The translations under genes and the position numbers were made by a program. This document shows positions 39,445-48,498 of a stretch of DNA of 64,000 bases, piece by piece. A model generated the notes under the pieces. That model was not told where the DNA came from. It did no database searches and worked only from the letters and a program-made list of their open reading frames with translations. Each line of letters opens with the position of its first letter. The first letter of the stretch is position 1. The DNA comes from a bacterium (GTDB lineage Bacteria; UBA10199; 2-02-FULL-50-16; JAJFLM01): positions 352,001 to 416,000 of the forward strand of contig CBDCFN010000015.1 in NCBI GenBank assembly GCA_965216315.1, given 5' to 3'.

Positions 39445-41433
39445 TCAAGCTATTTTATCTGCACAACGGCCGGTATTTTCTTCGACAATGCGCACATCAC
39501 AGCCCACATCAACATAGTGATTATCTGCGATGATATGGGGCGGGTTCGGCGACGTGATCACGCGAATTCCTGTTTCCGAATGCCGACAAAGGTTGGACGT
39601 CACCTTCGCCGCGGGCACGTTGTCTAACACCAGGCAGTTCTCGGCTCCTGTACAGCGGTTGCCACTCACCTCAACGCCGCTTGCTCCCTCTGCAATGCTT
39701 ATGCAATCGGTCTCTGGGTTGCGGCACATATTCTCGTGCAGTTGGATGTCGTTGCCGCCGATGACCTCGATACAGCTGCCGGAGTCTGCGCAGACGTTTT
39801 TCTGTAATGTTATTTCATTGCCATGGTTGACCTCAATGCAGGCATGGGCATCAGCACACGTATTCATACTGGCTTCGGTCGAGGCGGCGCTATTGAGCTG
39901 GAGGCAGGCAATGTCTGCGCCATGACAATTATTTTCTCGGATAGTGGCCTCTTCCAGATAATTCCCCATGAAGCAAATCTCGCGACCATCGCATTCGTTG
40001 TTTTTTATTATGCTTCCATTGAGGAAATTAGCCGTGACACAGGTCGCCGATGCGGCACATGAATTGTGCTCTAGCCGCAGCTGCATCAGCACTCGCTTTG
40101 AAGGTGACATGGCTGCTGAATTTGCATTGTCGTTTAAATTTGCACATGTGGTCCCTGGAGTCGGTGCGTCCATACCCGGCGGCACGACATATTCGCAGCT
40201 ATTATGGTGAACGTGCCATCTTGAAGCGGCCGTAGCCAGGCTAGACGGGTCCGGCTTATAGACCGGAATGCCCGTCACCGGATGCGGTTGGGCATTCGGT
40301 GACCAGTTTGCATTAATCGGAAATCCAATCGTTGCAAAGAGGCCTTCGAATCCGAAAATACAACCTAGGCTACTCGGAGCCCCCGTTTCGTCGTCGAAGA
40401 AGGCCTGGCAGACCAGATCGTTGTGTCCGACGTTTATGTCGCAGTTTTCCGTGTCTACGATATTCATACAACCTGCCCGACATCTTCGCGTTTTGTTATG
40501 AGCAAGTGTTAAGGCACCGTCTTTTAGGCCGACAAATGCCGGACCAAAGCGGCAGTTTCTAAACGTGCAATTTGTCAGGCGCACATTTCCCGGAGCTTTT
40601 GTAACAGATGCAATGCCTGCATGAGGACCCAAGCCGTCGGTGTTGCCAATGCTGCCGTCGTAGTTGGGATCTAAGACAACGCTTCCATAGACGACAATAC
40701 AACTGCAGCCGCAACCCCAGCGGCCATAATGGATCGAGTTTAGATCTTCATGGCCGTCGACTTCGATATGCTTAAAGGTAGCATCCTGTCTGGTCGGGAT
40801 TTGAGCGCGCTCCGGTTGACTCCAGTCAATCGTATTCAAGACCACAAAACAGCCCTGTTCAGGATGCTTGAGACTGCCCAGGGCCCACGGCTCTCCATAA
40901 CCGGAACCGCTGCAGGTCATTCCCTTGACGGAGATGCTGTTGGCGCCCGCTCCCGGTGACTTGTAAAATAGAAAGAACGTCGGCGAGGCTTTAGTGGCAT
41001 ATCCTGTCTCGATTCTTGGGAATGGGAGCGCGGCATCGCCCGATACGGCGATACTCGTTCGGTCACTGTTCAGGATACGCGTTTTTCCCGTTCCCGCACC
41101 GGCAAAAGTTCCGTTAAAATTTGTCACCAGCACCCCCGCATCCAGCTTATAATCACCTTCGACTAGCTTGACGATGCCCCCATCCGGCGCATGATTCAGT
41201 GCCCAGCTAAGATTGCAATGATCGGTCTGGATGCCATCAACCATCGCACCCGGTCGTACTCGGTAACCATTTGGAATCTCATCGATAAACTCAAAATCAG
41301 GCTCGGATTTAGCGGTACCGTTGGCCATCGCCATGCTCAGGCCCGCGAAGGTCGTGGTGCTTGCCGTCAAGACGGCTCCCGCTGCGAGCCCCGTCTTGAC
41401 GAAATCTCTCCTCGTCATTTTAGTACTTGTCAT
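39445..41433 (-). CDS. Tat-exported Cys-rich right-handed beta-helix protein
   Basis: TRRDFVK signal; repeated N-x-C...C-I units about 22 aa apart in the C-terminal third; GAGTGKT beta-helix start. Confidence 0.8.
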   Translation of the reverse strand: MTSTKMTRRDFVKTGLAAGAVLTASTTTFAGLSMAMANGTAKSEPDFEFIDEIPNGYRVRPGAMVDGIQTDHCNLSWALNHAPDGGIVKLVEGDYKLDAGVLVTNFNGTFAGAGTGKTRILNSDRTSIAVSGDAALPFPRIETGYATKASPTFFLFYKSPGAGANSISVKGMTCSGSGYGEPWALGSLKHPEQGCFVVLNTIDWSQPERAQIPTRQDATFKHIEVDGHEDLNSIHYGRWGCGCSCIVVYGSVVLDPNYDGSIGNTDGLGPHAGIASVTKAPGNVRLTNCTFRNCRFGPAFVGLKDGALTLAHNKTRRCRAGCMNIVDTENCDINVGHNDLVCQAFFDDETGAPSSLGCIFGFEGLFATIGFPINANWSPNAQPHPVTGIPVYKPDPSSLATAASRWHVHHNSCEYVVPPGMDAPTPGTTCANLNDNANSAAMSPSKRVLMQLRLEHNSCAASATCVTANFLNGSIIKNNECDGREICFMGNYLEEATIRENNCHGADIACLQLNSAASTEASMNTCADAHACIEVNHGNEITLQKNVCADSGSCIEVIGGNDIQLHENMCRNPETDCISIAEGASGVEVSGNRCTGAENCLVLDNVPAAKVTSNLCRHSETGIRVITSPNPPHIIADNHYVDVGCDVRIVEENTGRCADKIA

Positions 41434-41473
41434 GGCGCTACCTCCTCATAATGCTGTCGCGTGAGCGGCCATT

Positions 41474-41512
41474 AAAAAACCCACCTATCGCCTCTGGCGA
41501 AACAGGTGGGTT
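41474..41512 (-). terminator. Intrinsic terminator in the riboswitch leader
   Basis: Minus strand AACCCACCT...AGGTGGGTT followed by T-run. Confidence 0.75.
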
Positions 41513-41576
41513 CCAATGGCTCGCAATCTACTTCTTGCGACAGCACGAGCCGCGCGTAGATTGTTTATCTCGTCCC

Positions 41577-41648
41577 TTGGTAGCCCTGCTGTCCCTTAAG
41601 GGACCAGAGGCTTTGCGTCCCTGCCTTACGGCAGGTTTGCCTTTTCAT
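41577..41648 (-). ncRNA. Cyclic di-GMP-I (GEMM) riboswitch
   Basis: Minus strand AAGGCAAACCTGCC-GTAA-GGCAGGGACGCAAAGCCTCTGGTC..GACAGCAGGGCTACC; GGCAAAC, GNRA loop and GGACGCAAA hallmarks. Confidence 0.88.
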
Positions 41649-41733
41649 GAACAGTCACGAAAAAATTTTTATTCAAAAAATATAATGACTATCCTCCGCT
41701 TAGCTTGTCTTTCATTCTTTATTCCAGAATGCT

Positions 41734-41804
41734 TTGTAAGCATATAGGCTAGCCTCCTGCTTTTCTTGGCAGAGACGTTCAAAAATTTGCTTTAAAAGGT
41801 CAAA
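41734..41804. repeat. 71-bp direct repeat copy A
   Basis: Core GCTTTTCTTGGCAGAGACGTTCAAAAATTTGCTTTAAAAG identical at a 2,180-bp offset. Confidence 0.85.
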
Positions 41805-41810
41805 GGAGAC

Positions 41811-43262
41811 TTAATGAATTGAGCGCATCAGGCTGCACCCGCCACCTGCATTACCATTGTCGCTACCATCGCTGCCACCACCGTTGGATCCGTTGCCATT
41901 GCCGCCGCTATCCTCACTGCAGACCGATGGCTCCCCCGCGCATGTGAAGCCGCTTTCGAGTTGGCACGAGGCGTCACAACCATCGTTCGCTGCGGTATTG
42001 CCATCATCACAGGTCTCACCGGTGTTGGTGTTGACGGAACCGTCACCACAGGTGCTCGCCTCGTCGGCACCGATATCCGGTGTTGCGCCCAGAACCCGTG
42101 GATCTCCTTCAAAATCCATACCGGGCAGATCTGGCGCCAACCCGCTTCCCTGGCCTATCAACGGCGAGCCGGCCTGTAGATGAAAATCACCAGACGCAGG
42201 ATCAAGTAAGAGTGGATCTTCGCCGATCACGTTGTCACCTTCATCGTCGCCCAAAGCAGTAGGGTCACATCCACCCAGATCAACAGAACAGAATTCGGCA
42301 AAGAGATTATTGAATAGTCTCAAAGGAGCGAAGATAAGATTATCATCTCCATCAACATTAGCAAAAATATCATCACCTTGTTCACCGGCTCTATTAAGAT
42401 AAAAGAGGTTATTATAGATATCCGCTTCGGAATCATCAAAGCGAGTGACAATAAAAATTCCGCCACCGCGGCCGTCGTTTGGAACCGCTGTGATTGCATC
42501 ATTTTCATAGAAAGTATTATTGATTAGCGCAATGCGGCCATTGTCCGTATCCAATAACGAAGCGCCACCTAAGCGTGCCGTATTATGTGCAAAAACGTTA
42601 TTCACGGCCATGATTGTCCCATCACCTGTCAAAGCCATGAGGCCTCCGCCCCGGTCAACGGCCGCGTTTTCTAGAAAATGATTCGACTGTACGGTGACAT
42701 TGCCATGCACCGTTTCGATATAGGCCGCGCCACCCAGGTTGGGAGTGCCGTTGTCGTGCAAGAGACAGCCCTCAACTACAACCGGTGCACTCTCTGTTAA
42801 GACAAAAAGGCCGCCTGCTCTTGAGGTCATTCCGCTCGCCGGCTGAAAGCCATTGCGAAGGGTGAGGCCTGAAATGTGAAGCGCAGCAGCGCTATCGTCG
42901 CTCAGTGTGGTGGTTCGAATGAACAGAACTTCTTTTACATTACCGCCGTCCAATATTGTGGTCGCGGCATCGGTCCCTTGCAGAGTGAGAGAAAAATTCT
43001 CTTCAGTCCCGTCTGGGTTGCCATCGTCGGCGATGTAGAAAAAAGTTTCTCCTGGTATGTTATATACTCCCGCCGCTAGGTTGAGGACGTCATTATCGTC
43101 GTTATTCTGTGCCGTTGTCAGGGCCGCTTGGAGATTGCAGGCTAAATCACCGCAATCGTCATCGCCGTTCGAAGTGACTTCAAAGGTTGCGGCATGAGCG
43201 TGAGTTAGCGGGTATAACAGGAGCCCACAAATCAACAAGATATGGTAAGTGAGGCGATGCAT
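41811..43262 (-). CDS. Secreted beta-helix protein with Myxococcus-type Cys-rich repeat (DUF4215-like) and Gly-rich/GGCSL tail
   Basis: Signal ..HAHA; GG-A repeats; DFHL..GSP, PDIGADE; CGDG..ETCDDGN..DGC. Confidence 0.82.
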   Translation of the reverse strand: MHRLTYHILLICGLLLYPLTHAHAATFEVTSNGDDDCGDLACNLQAALTTAQNNDDNDVLNLAAGVYNIPGETFFYIADDGNPDGTEENFSLTLQGTDAATTILDGGNVKEVLFIRTTTLSDDSAAALHISGLTLRNGFQPASGMTSRAGGLFVLTESAPVVVEGCLLHDNGTPNLGGAAYIETVHGNVTVQSNHFLENAAVDRGGGLMALTGDGTIMAVNNVFAHNTARLGGASLLDTDNGRIALINNTFYENDAITAVPNDGRGGGIFIVTRFDDSEADIYNNLFYLNRAGEQGDDIFANVDGDDNLIFAPLRLFNNLFAEFCSVDLGGCDPTALGDDEGDNVIGEDPLLLDPASGDFHLQAGSPLIGQGSGLAPDLPGMDFEGDPRVLGATPDIGADEASTCGDGSVNTNTGETCDDGNTAANDGCDASCQLESGFTCAGEPSVCSEDSGGNGNGSNGGGSDGSDNGNAGGGCSLMRSIH

Positions 43263-43280
43263 GACTTTAAAGATACTGAA

Positions 43281-43889
43281 TTACTGGACGACCGTTGCTT
43301 CAGTTGGTTTCTCTGAATCTCGAATACAAGCGCAGATAGCTCTAACTTTTTTCGGCGGATTTAAGCATTTCCACCCTTTACCACATAATGCGCATGAGCA
43401 CTTTGGAAACTCGCCGGATTGTGGCGGCCCCGATATTGTTGCGGTCACTTGTCGAAAAACTTGTCCAAAATATGCTTCTGACGACGTCATGACCTCAGCT
43501 GACATTGCGCTAAGTACTTCCGATTTTAAGACTTCCAGATCGATTGCCGAAAATGCCTTGAATGTTTCCGCATCGTAACGCGCCTCAATAATCTTTGCAA
43601 CCACTTCAAAGGACAGGTCCATCGCGTCGTTCTTGGACAGACCTTGCTCAACGAAGAACTCATAATTCTTCCCGATCAGTCGAGGCAGCAATGAGCTTTT
43701 GACCTGAGACGTAAGAGTGACCTCCGTGCCCGCTTGGCTTGTCACGGCCGTTGGCTTCATTTGAACGAGTGCTTTTTGCTCAAAAGGCTGAGGCTGTTGC
43801 CTACCATCAACTGTTGGTCGTGCCTCCAGGGATGTACTGGCGGCAAGGGCTGTGACTATTGATATCAATAAAAAGGCTGTGAATTTCAT
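43281..43889 (-). CDS. Secreted hypothetical protein with Cys-rich C-terminus
   Basis: MKFTAFLL signal; CSCALC..C..CAC. Confidence 0.68.
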   Translation of the reverse strand: MKFTAFLLISIVTALAASTSLEARPTVDGRQQPQPFEQKALVQMKPTAVTSQAGTEVTLTSQVKSSLLPRLIGKNYEFFVEQGLSKNDAMDLSFEVVAKIIEARYDAETFKAFSAIDLEVLKSEVLSAMSAEVMTSSEAYFGQVFRQVTATISGPPQSGEFPKCSCALCGKGWKCLNPPKKVRAICACIRDSEKPTEATVVQ

Positions 43890-43913
43890 AGCCAATTCCT
43901 CTTCTTCCAAACG

Positions 43914-43984
43914 TTGTAAGAATATCGGCTAGCTTCTCGCTTTTCTTGGCAGAGACGTTCAAAAATTTGCTTTAAAAGACCAAA
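43914..43984. repeat. 71-bp direct repeat copy B
   Basis: See 41734-41804. Confidence 0.85.
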
Positions 43985-44005
43985 AATACGCCTTAGTAAG
44001 GATTA

Positions 44006-44869
44006 TTAATTGCCGGCCGTTCGGTAATCTCGAGGAGATTTTCCAAATTTTAATTTGAAGGCCCTGCTAAAATGGGACAGGTCTTCGAAACCGCATTGAG
44101 AGGCAATTTCGGTGATACTGCTTGGGGTCGTCTGCAAAAGAATAGCTGAATGTTGTAGACGTCGCTCCAGTAACCATTTTCCCGGTGACGTGTCATAACA
44201 CTTTCGAAATTCCCGCTTAAAAGAAGATGCACTTTGATGACACATTTGGGCGAAGGCTTCAACGGGTAGGTTTTGGCAAAAATTAAGCTCCATGACTGTG
44301 GTGAGGTCCGGCCCAACGGAACTTGCAACTGAGCGTAAATAGGTCGCTAAGTCCGGATTGCTTTGGCCCAAAAGGATGCTTGCCAGGAGCTCTTTGAGTT
44401 TCAATTTCAAAAGGGCATCCGGTGGCCTTTCCTCATTCGCAAAGTAAGTCGTCATTGCGTCAAAAAATACTGACAAAGCAACATCATTTTGAACTCGGAT
44501 CGTCATCTTTCTGGCATCAATAGGTTCCGGGCTTTTTGGTAGGTCGGGTGCATATTCTATGACGGCCTCTTTAACAAATTCGTCAGGAAAGAAAAAATAT
44601 TCTAAACAAAGCTCATTCCCCGAGTGCTCCGGCATGATGTAGGCCCCCTTCCTGAAAAATACCGTTGTACCCGCTTCGGCCGTGCACGTTCCGGTATTAT
44701 CCGTCCAGGTTTGTTCCCCGGAGACAACATGAAGCAGGTGATCCATGGGCATCCAAATCCCAACTGGCTCTTCCTGTGGAGGGCAGGTGAATTGTGCTAA
44801 AAGTATGTCCCCAATTTGAAAAGTCTTTGATTGTGGTTTCGACAAGATTACATCTATCGCATTCAACAT
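44006..44869 (-). CDS. AraC-family transcriptional regulator
   Basis: SSFKREF, SPGKWL, CGFEDLSHFSRAFK. Confidence 0.93.
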   Translation of the reverse strand: MLNAIDVILSKPQSKTFQIGDILLAQFTCPPQEEPVGIWMPMDHLLHVVSGEQTWTDNTGTCTAEAGTTVFFRKGAYIMPEHSGNELCLEYFFFPDEFVKEAVIEYAPDLPKSPEPIDARKMTIRVQNDVALSVFFDAMTTYFANEERPPDALLKLKLKELLASILLGQSNPDLATYLRSVASSVGPDLTTVMELNFCQNLPVEAFAQMCHQSASSFKREFRKCYDTSPGKWLLERRLQHSAILLQTTPSSITEIASQCGFEDLSHFSRAFKLKFGKSPRDYRTAGN

Positions 44870-45003
44870 AACTTTAAGCCTGTATTTTATAGGATGTCCC
44901 CAGCAACGGGCAATGTTAAAAAAAAACAGTGATTTCCAGTTTTTGACAGGGCCGGCCTATATTGATATGTCTCAATCCTCTTACTCGAAGGAAGATTTGC
45001 GTA

Positions 45004-45912
45004 ATGCATCACGATGAAGACATGCCTCGTATTTCCCTAAACGGAACCGAGCTGATGTACTTCGATGAAGGTCGGGGCGATCCACTAGTGCTGGTGCACG
45101 GTTCCGTTAGTGATTACCGGACTTGGGAGTTACAGCGTCGGGCTTTTGCGGAGCGGTTTCGCGTCATTACCTACAGTCGGCGCTATCACTGGCCGAATGC
45201 CCCTATCTCTGACGGGGACGACTATGTGATGGCCGAGCACGTTGACGATCTTGAAGCGCTGGTAGAACATTTGGGCCTTGCGCCGTTGCACCTGGTCGGA
45301 CATTCCTATGGAGCCTTTTTGTGCCTGCTGCTCGCAATCCGAAAACCGCAATGGGTGCGCCGGCTGGTGCTGGCGGAGCCACCCGTGGTCCCACTGTTTC
45401 TCAGCAATCCTCCTCGGCCATGGCAACTGATTCAATTGCTATTGCGCCACCCCCGAACGGCTGCAGCTATTTTTAAAATTATGGCGACTGGATTTGGTCC
45501 GGCGACGCGAGCGTTCAAGCGAGGGGATACAGAGACCGGTCTCCGTCGCGTCGGCGAAGCCATTTTTGGTCGGGCCGCTTTTGAGAATTTTAAAGGTGGC
45601 CATGGGGCACAGATAACAGCCAATACGAGTGCCACGGTGGCGGAATTTTTGGGGCCGGGATTCGAGCCGCTTGATGTAGATAGCGTTCGCGCCGTGTCGA
45701 TGCCGACCTTGCTGGTAAATGGTCAGGAAAGCAGGGGCATTTTTCATCGTCTTACCGATCGACTCGCCGAACTCATGCCGAATACCCAGCGTGTGTGGAT
45801 CCCCAGGGCGTCTCACGGCATGCATGAGACCAATGACCAGGCCTTCAATGCGGCTGTCCTCACGTTCCTACGACCCGACAAAACCCTTGCCCAGCCGGAT
45901 TCCATCCGATAG
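45004..45912 (+). CDS. Alpha/beta-fold hydrolase
   Basis: LVHG, GHSYG, PTLLVNG, ASH; start 45004 or 45022. Confidence 0.9.
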   Translation: MHHDEDMPRISLNGTELMYFDEGRGDPLVLVHGSVSDYRTWELQRRAFAERFRVITYSRRYHWPNAPISDGDDYVMAEHVDDLEALVEHLGLAPLHLVGHSYGAFLCLLLAIRKPQWVRRLVLAEPPVVPLFLSNPPRPWQLIQLLLRHPRTAAAIFKIMATGFGPATRAFKRGDTETGLRRVGEAIFGRAAFENFKGGHGAQITANTSATVAEFLGPGFEPLDVDSVRAVSMPTLLVNGQESRGIFHRLTDRLAELMPNTQRVWIPRASHGMHETNDQAFNAAVLTFLRPDKTLAQPDSIR

Positions 45913-45921
45913 AAGGCATTT

Positions 45922-47067
45922 GTGCCTAACTACGACCTGACCGAAGAACAAAACATGCTCCGCAAGTCCGTTCGCGACTTTGCCGAGGGCGAAATCAAAC
46001 CGGTCCGCCAGGAACTCGATGATCAGGAGAAATTCTCCTACGAGCTGACCCAGAAGATGGCGGACTTGGGCCTCTTTGGGGCGATGATCTCACCGGACTA
46101 TGGCGGGCAGGGCCTGGACTATCTTTCCTACGTGATTGCGGTGGAAGAAATCGCCCGGGTCGACGGCTGTCAGGCCGCGACCTTGGCGGCCCATAATTCG
46201 CTGGGGGTCCTGCCGATCTACAACTTCGGTCGCGAAGAGCAGAAGCAGAAGTATCTTCCGGATCTCTGTAAGGGCAAGCTGTGGGCCTTTGGTCTGACTG
46301 AGGCCAATGCGGGTTCGGATGCCGGGGCCTCCCAGACCAAGGCGGAACTCAAGGACGGACAGTGGGTGATCAATGGGTCCAAGATTTTTATTACGAATGG
46401 AGCCACCAAAGTAACGGCCGGTGTGACCGTGCAGGCGGTGACCGGAGAAAGCAACGGCAGCAAGGAACTCTCGACGATAATCGTCGATCAAGGGACGCCT
46501 GGTTGGACCGCCCGGGAAATGCACGGCAAGTTGACCTGGCGCTCATCGAATACTTCCGAGATGTTTTTTGATAACTGCCAGGTCCCTGAAGAGAATCTCC
46601 TCGGCCAACGCGGTCATGGTTTTCGCCAGATGTTGCAGACCCTGGACTCGGGACGCTTGAGTATCGCTGCGATGGGTTTGGGCGGCGCGCAGGGGGCCTT
46701 TGAGGCTGCACTGCAGTATTCGAAAGAGCGGGAGACCTTTGGCAAACCGATTTGCAAGCACCAGGCGATCGCCTTTAAGCTGGCGGACATGGGCACCGAA
46801 ATCGAAGCGGCGCGCAATCTCCTCTACCGCGCGTGTTGGCTCAAGGATGAGGGACGCAACTTTGGCAAAGAGGCCGCGATGGCCAAGCTCTACTGCTCAG
46901 AAGTGATGGGTCGCGTCGTCAATCATGCGGTGCAGATCTATGGCGGTTATGGGCTGATGAACGAGTATCCGGTTGCAAAGTTTTACCGGGATCACAAGTT
47001 GCTCGAGATCGGTGAGGGCACGAGCGAAGTGCAAAGAATCGTTATTTCACGCCACTTGGGTTGCTAA
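45922..47067 (+). CDS. Acyl-CoA dehydrogenase
   Basis: FGLTEANAGSD, NGSKIFITNG, QIYGGYG, IGEGTSEVQR. Confidence 0.95.
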   Translation: MPNYDLTEEQNMLRKSVRDFAEGEIKPVRQELDDQEKFSYELTQKMADLGLFGAMISPDYGGQGLDYLSYVIAVEEIARVDGCQAATLAAHNSLGVLPIYNFGREEQKQKYLPDLCKGKLWAFGLTEANAGSDAGASQTKAELKDGQWVINGSKIFITNGATKVTAGVTVQAVTGESNGSKELSTIIVDQGTPGWTAREMHGKLTWRSSNTSEMFFDNCQVPEENLLGQRGHGFRQMLQTLDSGRLSIAAMGLGGAQGAFEAALQYSKERETFGKPICKHQAIAFKLADMGTEIEAARNLLYRACWLKDEGRNFGKEAAMAKLYCSEVMGRVVNHAVQIYGGYGLMNEYPVAKFYRDHKLLEIGEGTSEVQRIVISRHLGC

Positions 47068-47076
47068 TGGGATGAT

Positions 47077-47108
47077 TCCCCCTTTCTCAAAGGGGGGTAG
47101 GGGGATTT
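47077..47108 (+). repeat. CCCCCTTT/AAAGGGGG REP-like element; inverted copy at 61485-61517
   Basis: TCCCCCTTTCTCAAAGGGGGGTAGGGGGATTT between convergent genes. Confidence 0.7.
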
Positions 47109-47112
47109 TTCC

Positions 47113-47808
47113 TTATCTTCCCATCCATTTCTTCCCCTCACGTTCCAAGACCTGCATAAACTTGGGAGCGACGTACTTGGTGGCTTCTTTGATCATCCAG
47201 TCCGCGATGATGCCGCCGGGATCCGTCCAGATATACAAATCGAGTTTGGTTTGCTTCGGATGGCCGGGGGCCTTGGAGAGCGTCAACTTGAATTCGTAAG
47301 TCGGTTGGCGGCCAAAGATGAGCTTTCCGGTCTGAGTGACCTTGCCTTGAGCGAGCTTGGTTTCGTCGTTCATTGCTTTCGCCATGATCCAACGATCCGA
47401 GAGGGGAAAGGGATAATCGAACTGCTGGTAGACATGATAGTCCCACTGCTTTCCTTCAGCGCGTGCCTCGATCGGTTTGCACTTCTTGCCGGCATAGCGG
47501 CGCTGCACGGTGCGGCCATTGCGCAGGCCGTCTTTCTTGGCCTGCATAACATCGGCTTCGGACATACAAAAAGAGGCCACCATGCGTGGATATTTCCCGC
47601 CGTGGGTGTTGGCATCGAGCACGGCCTTCCAGATCGCTTCAACGGGAGCATCCAGCCGCGCGGTGACGTTGGCACGAGCGCCGGGAAATCCCTTGGTCTT
47701 GACTTCAATCGAAAAATCTTTGGGTTTGTAGTCTTCTTTGGCGTACGCGCTGACGGCAACGGTCACTGCCAAGGTCAGGCAGACTAGGCTTCGAGTCAAA
47801 AATTTCAT
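47113..47808 (-). CDS. Secreted START/SRPBCC-like protein
   Basis: Signal ..SAYA; PFPLSDRW, TDPGG..W motifs. Confidence 0.65.
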   Translation of the reverse strand: MKFLTRSLVCLTLAVTVAVSAYAKEDYKPKDFSIEVKTKGFPGARANVTARLDAPVEAIWKAVLDANTHGGKYPRMVASFCMSEADVMQAKKDGLRNGRTVQRRYAGKKCKPIEARAEGKQWDYHVYQQFDYPFPLSDRWIMAKAMNDETKLAQGKVTQTGKLIFGRQPTYEFKLTLSKAPGHPKQTKLDLYIWTDPGGIIADWMIKEATKYVAPKFMQVLEREGKKWMGR

Positions 47809-47811
47809 AAT

Positions 47812-48264
47812 TTACCTCTTATTTCTCATGGCCTGTTCAATCTCTCGATGTTGAGCCTTCTTTTTTAATTCATCCCTTCGGTCCCGCTGATGCTTCCCTT
47901 TGGCCAGGGCCAGCTCAATTTTGGCCCGACCGTCCTTGAAGTAGACGCGGGTAGGCACCAGAGTCAAGCGATCCCTTTGGATCTTGCCGGCAAGGGTATC
48001 AATTTGGGCGCGATGGAGCAGAAGTTTGCGGCGCCGGGTCGGTTCATGATTGCGGAGATTGGCCGGCGGATACGTCGCGATGTGGCAGTTAAGGAGGTAA
48101 AGCTGTCCATTGTCGATCGTCGCATAAGCATCGACGAGCTCGATATGGTTATTGCGCAGCGATTTCACCTCACTGCCGGTCAAGACCATGCCCGCCTCGT
48201 ACTTCTCCAAAAAGATATAACGATGCGAGGCCTTTTTATTAACTTTGATGACCTTAATGCCCAT
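47812..48264 (-). CDS. smpB: SsrA-binding protein SmpB
   Basis: NKKA, EAGMVLTGSEVKSLR, RKLLLH, AKGK. Confidence 0.97.
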   Translation of the reverse strand: MGIKVIKVNKKASHRYIFLEKYEAGMVLTGSEVKSLRNNHIELVDAYATIDNGQLYLLNCHIATYPPANLRNHEPTRRRKLLLHRAQIDTLAGKIQRDRLTLVPTRVYFKDGRAKIELALAKGKHQRDRRDELKKKAQHREIEQAMRNKR

Positions 48265-48265
48265 A

Positions 48266-48403
48266 TCAACTCCGCTGAGCATCGCTAGCGAGCAAAGCGA
48301 GCGAGAGGGGGAGGCTCCGCGAGCTTTGCTTGTGGAGGGGGCGACGCGAGCCCCTCTGATAGCGCGAGGCCTTTTTGTTCACCTTGATGACTTTAATGCC
48401 CAT
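48266..48403 (-). other. 45-codon upstream ORF carrying a duplicate of the first 13 smpB codons plus a palindromic repeat
   Basis: MGIKVIKVNKKAS encoded twice; stop TGA lies 1 nt before the smpB ATG. Confidence 0.6.
48302..48357 (-). repeat. ~57-bp palindromic repeat element, same family as 37260-37317
   Basis: Reverse complement AGAGGGGCTCGCGTCGCCCCCTCC...CGGAGCCTCCCCCTCTCG. Confidence 0.7.
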
Positions 48404-48498
48404 CTCTGCTTTGTAGCGATCCTGGGGGGGTAAAACAAGAACTAGAAATAATGGGCAAGATGTTGCTCCTCGTCGCTATTTGGACTAGGGTTCTGTCC

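Noticed and set aside
41734..43984. Direct repeats as integron attC sites
   Set aside because: No RYYYAAC...GTTRRRY ends or long internal palindrome; no integrase in the window
47812..48450. tmRNA (ssrA) or integration site beside smpB
   Set aside because: No tRNA-like ends or tag reading frame recognised; no integrase
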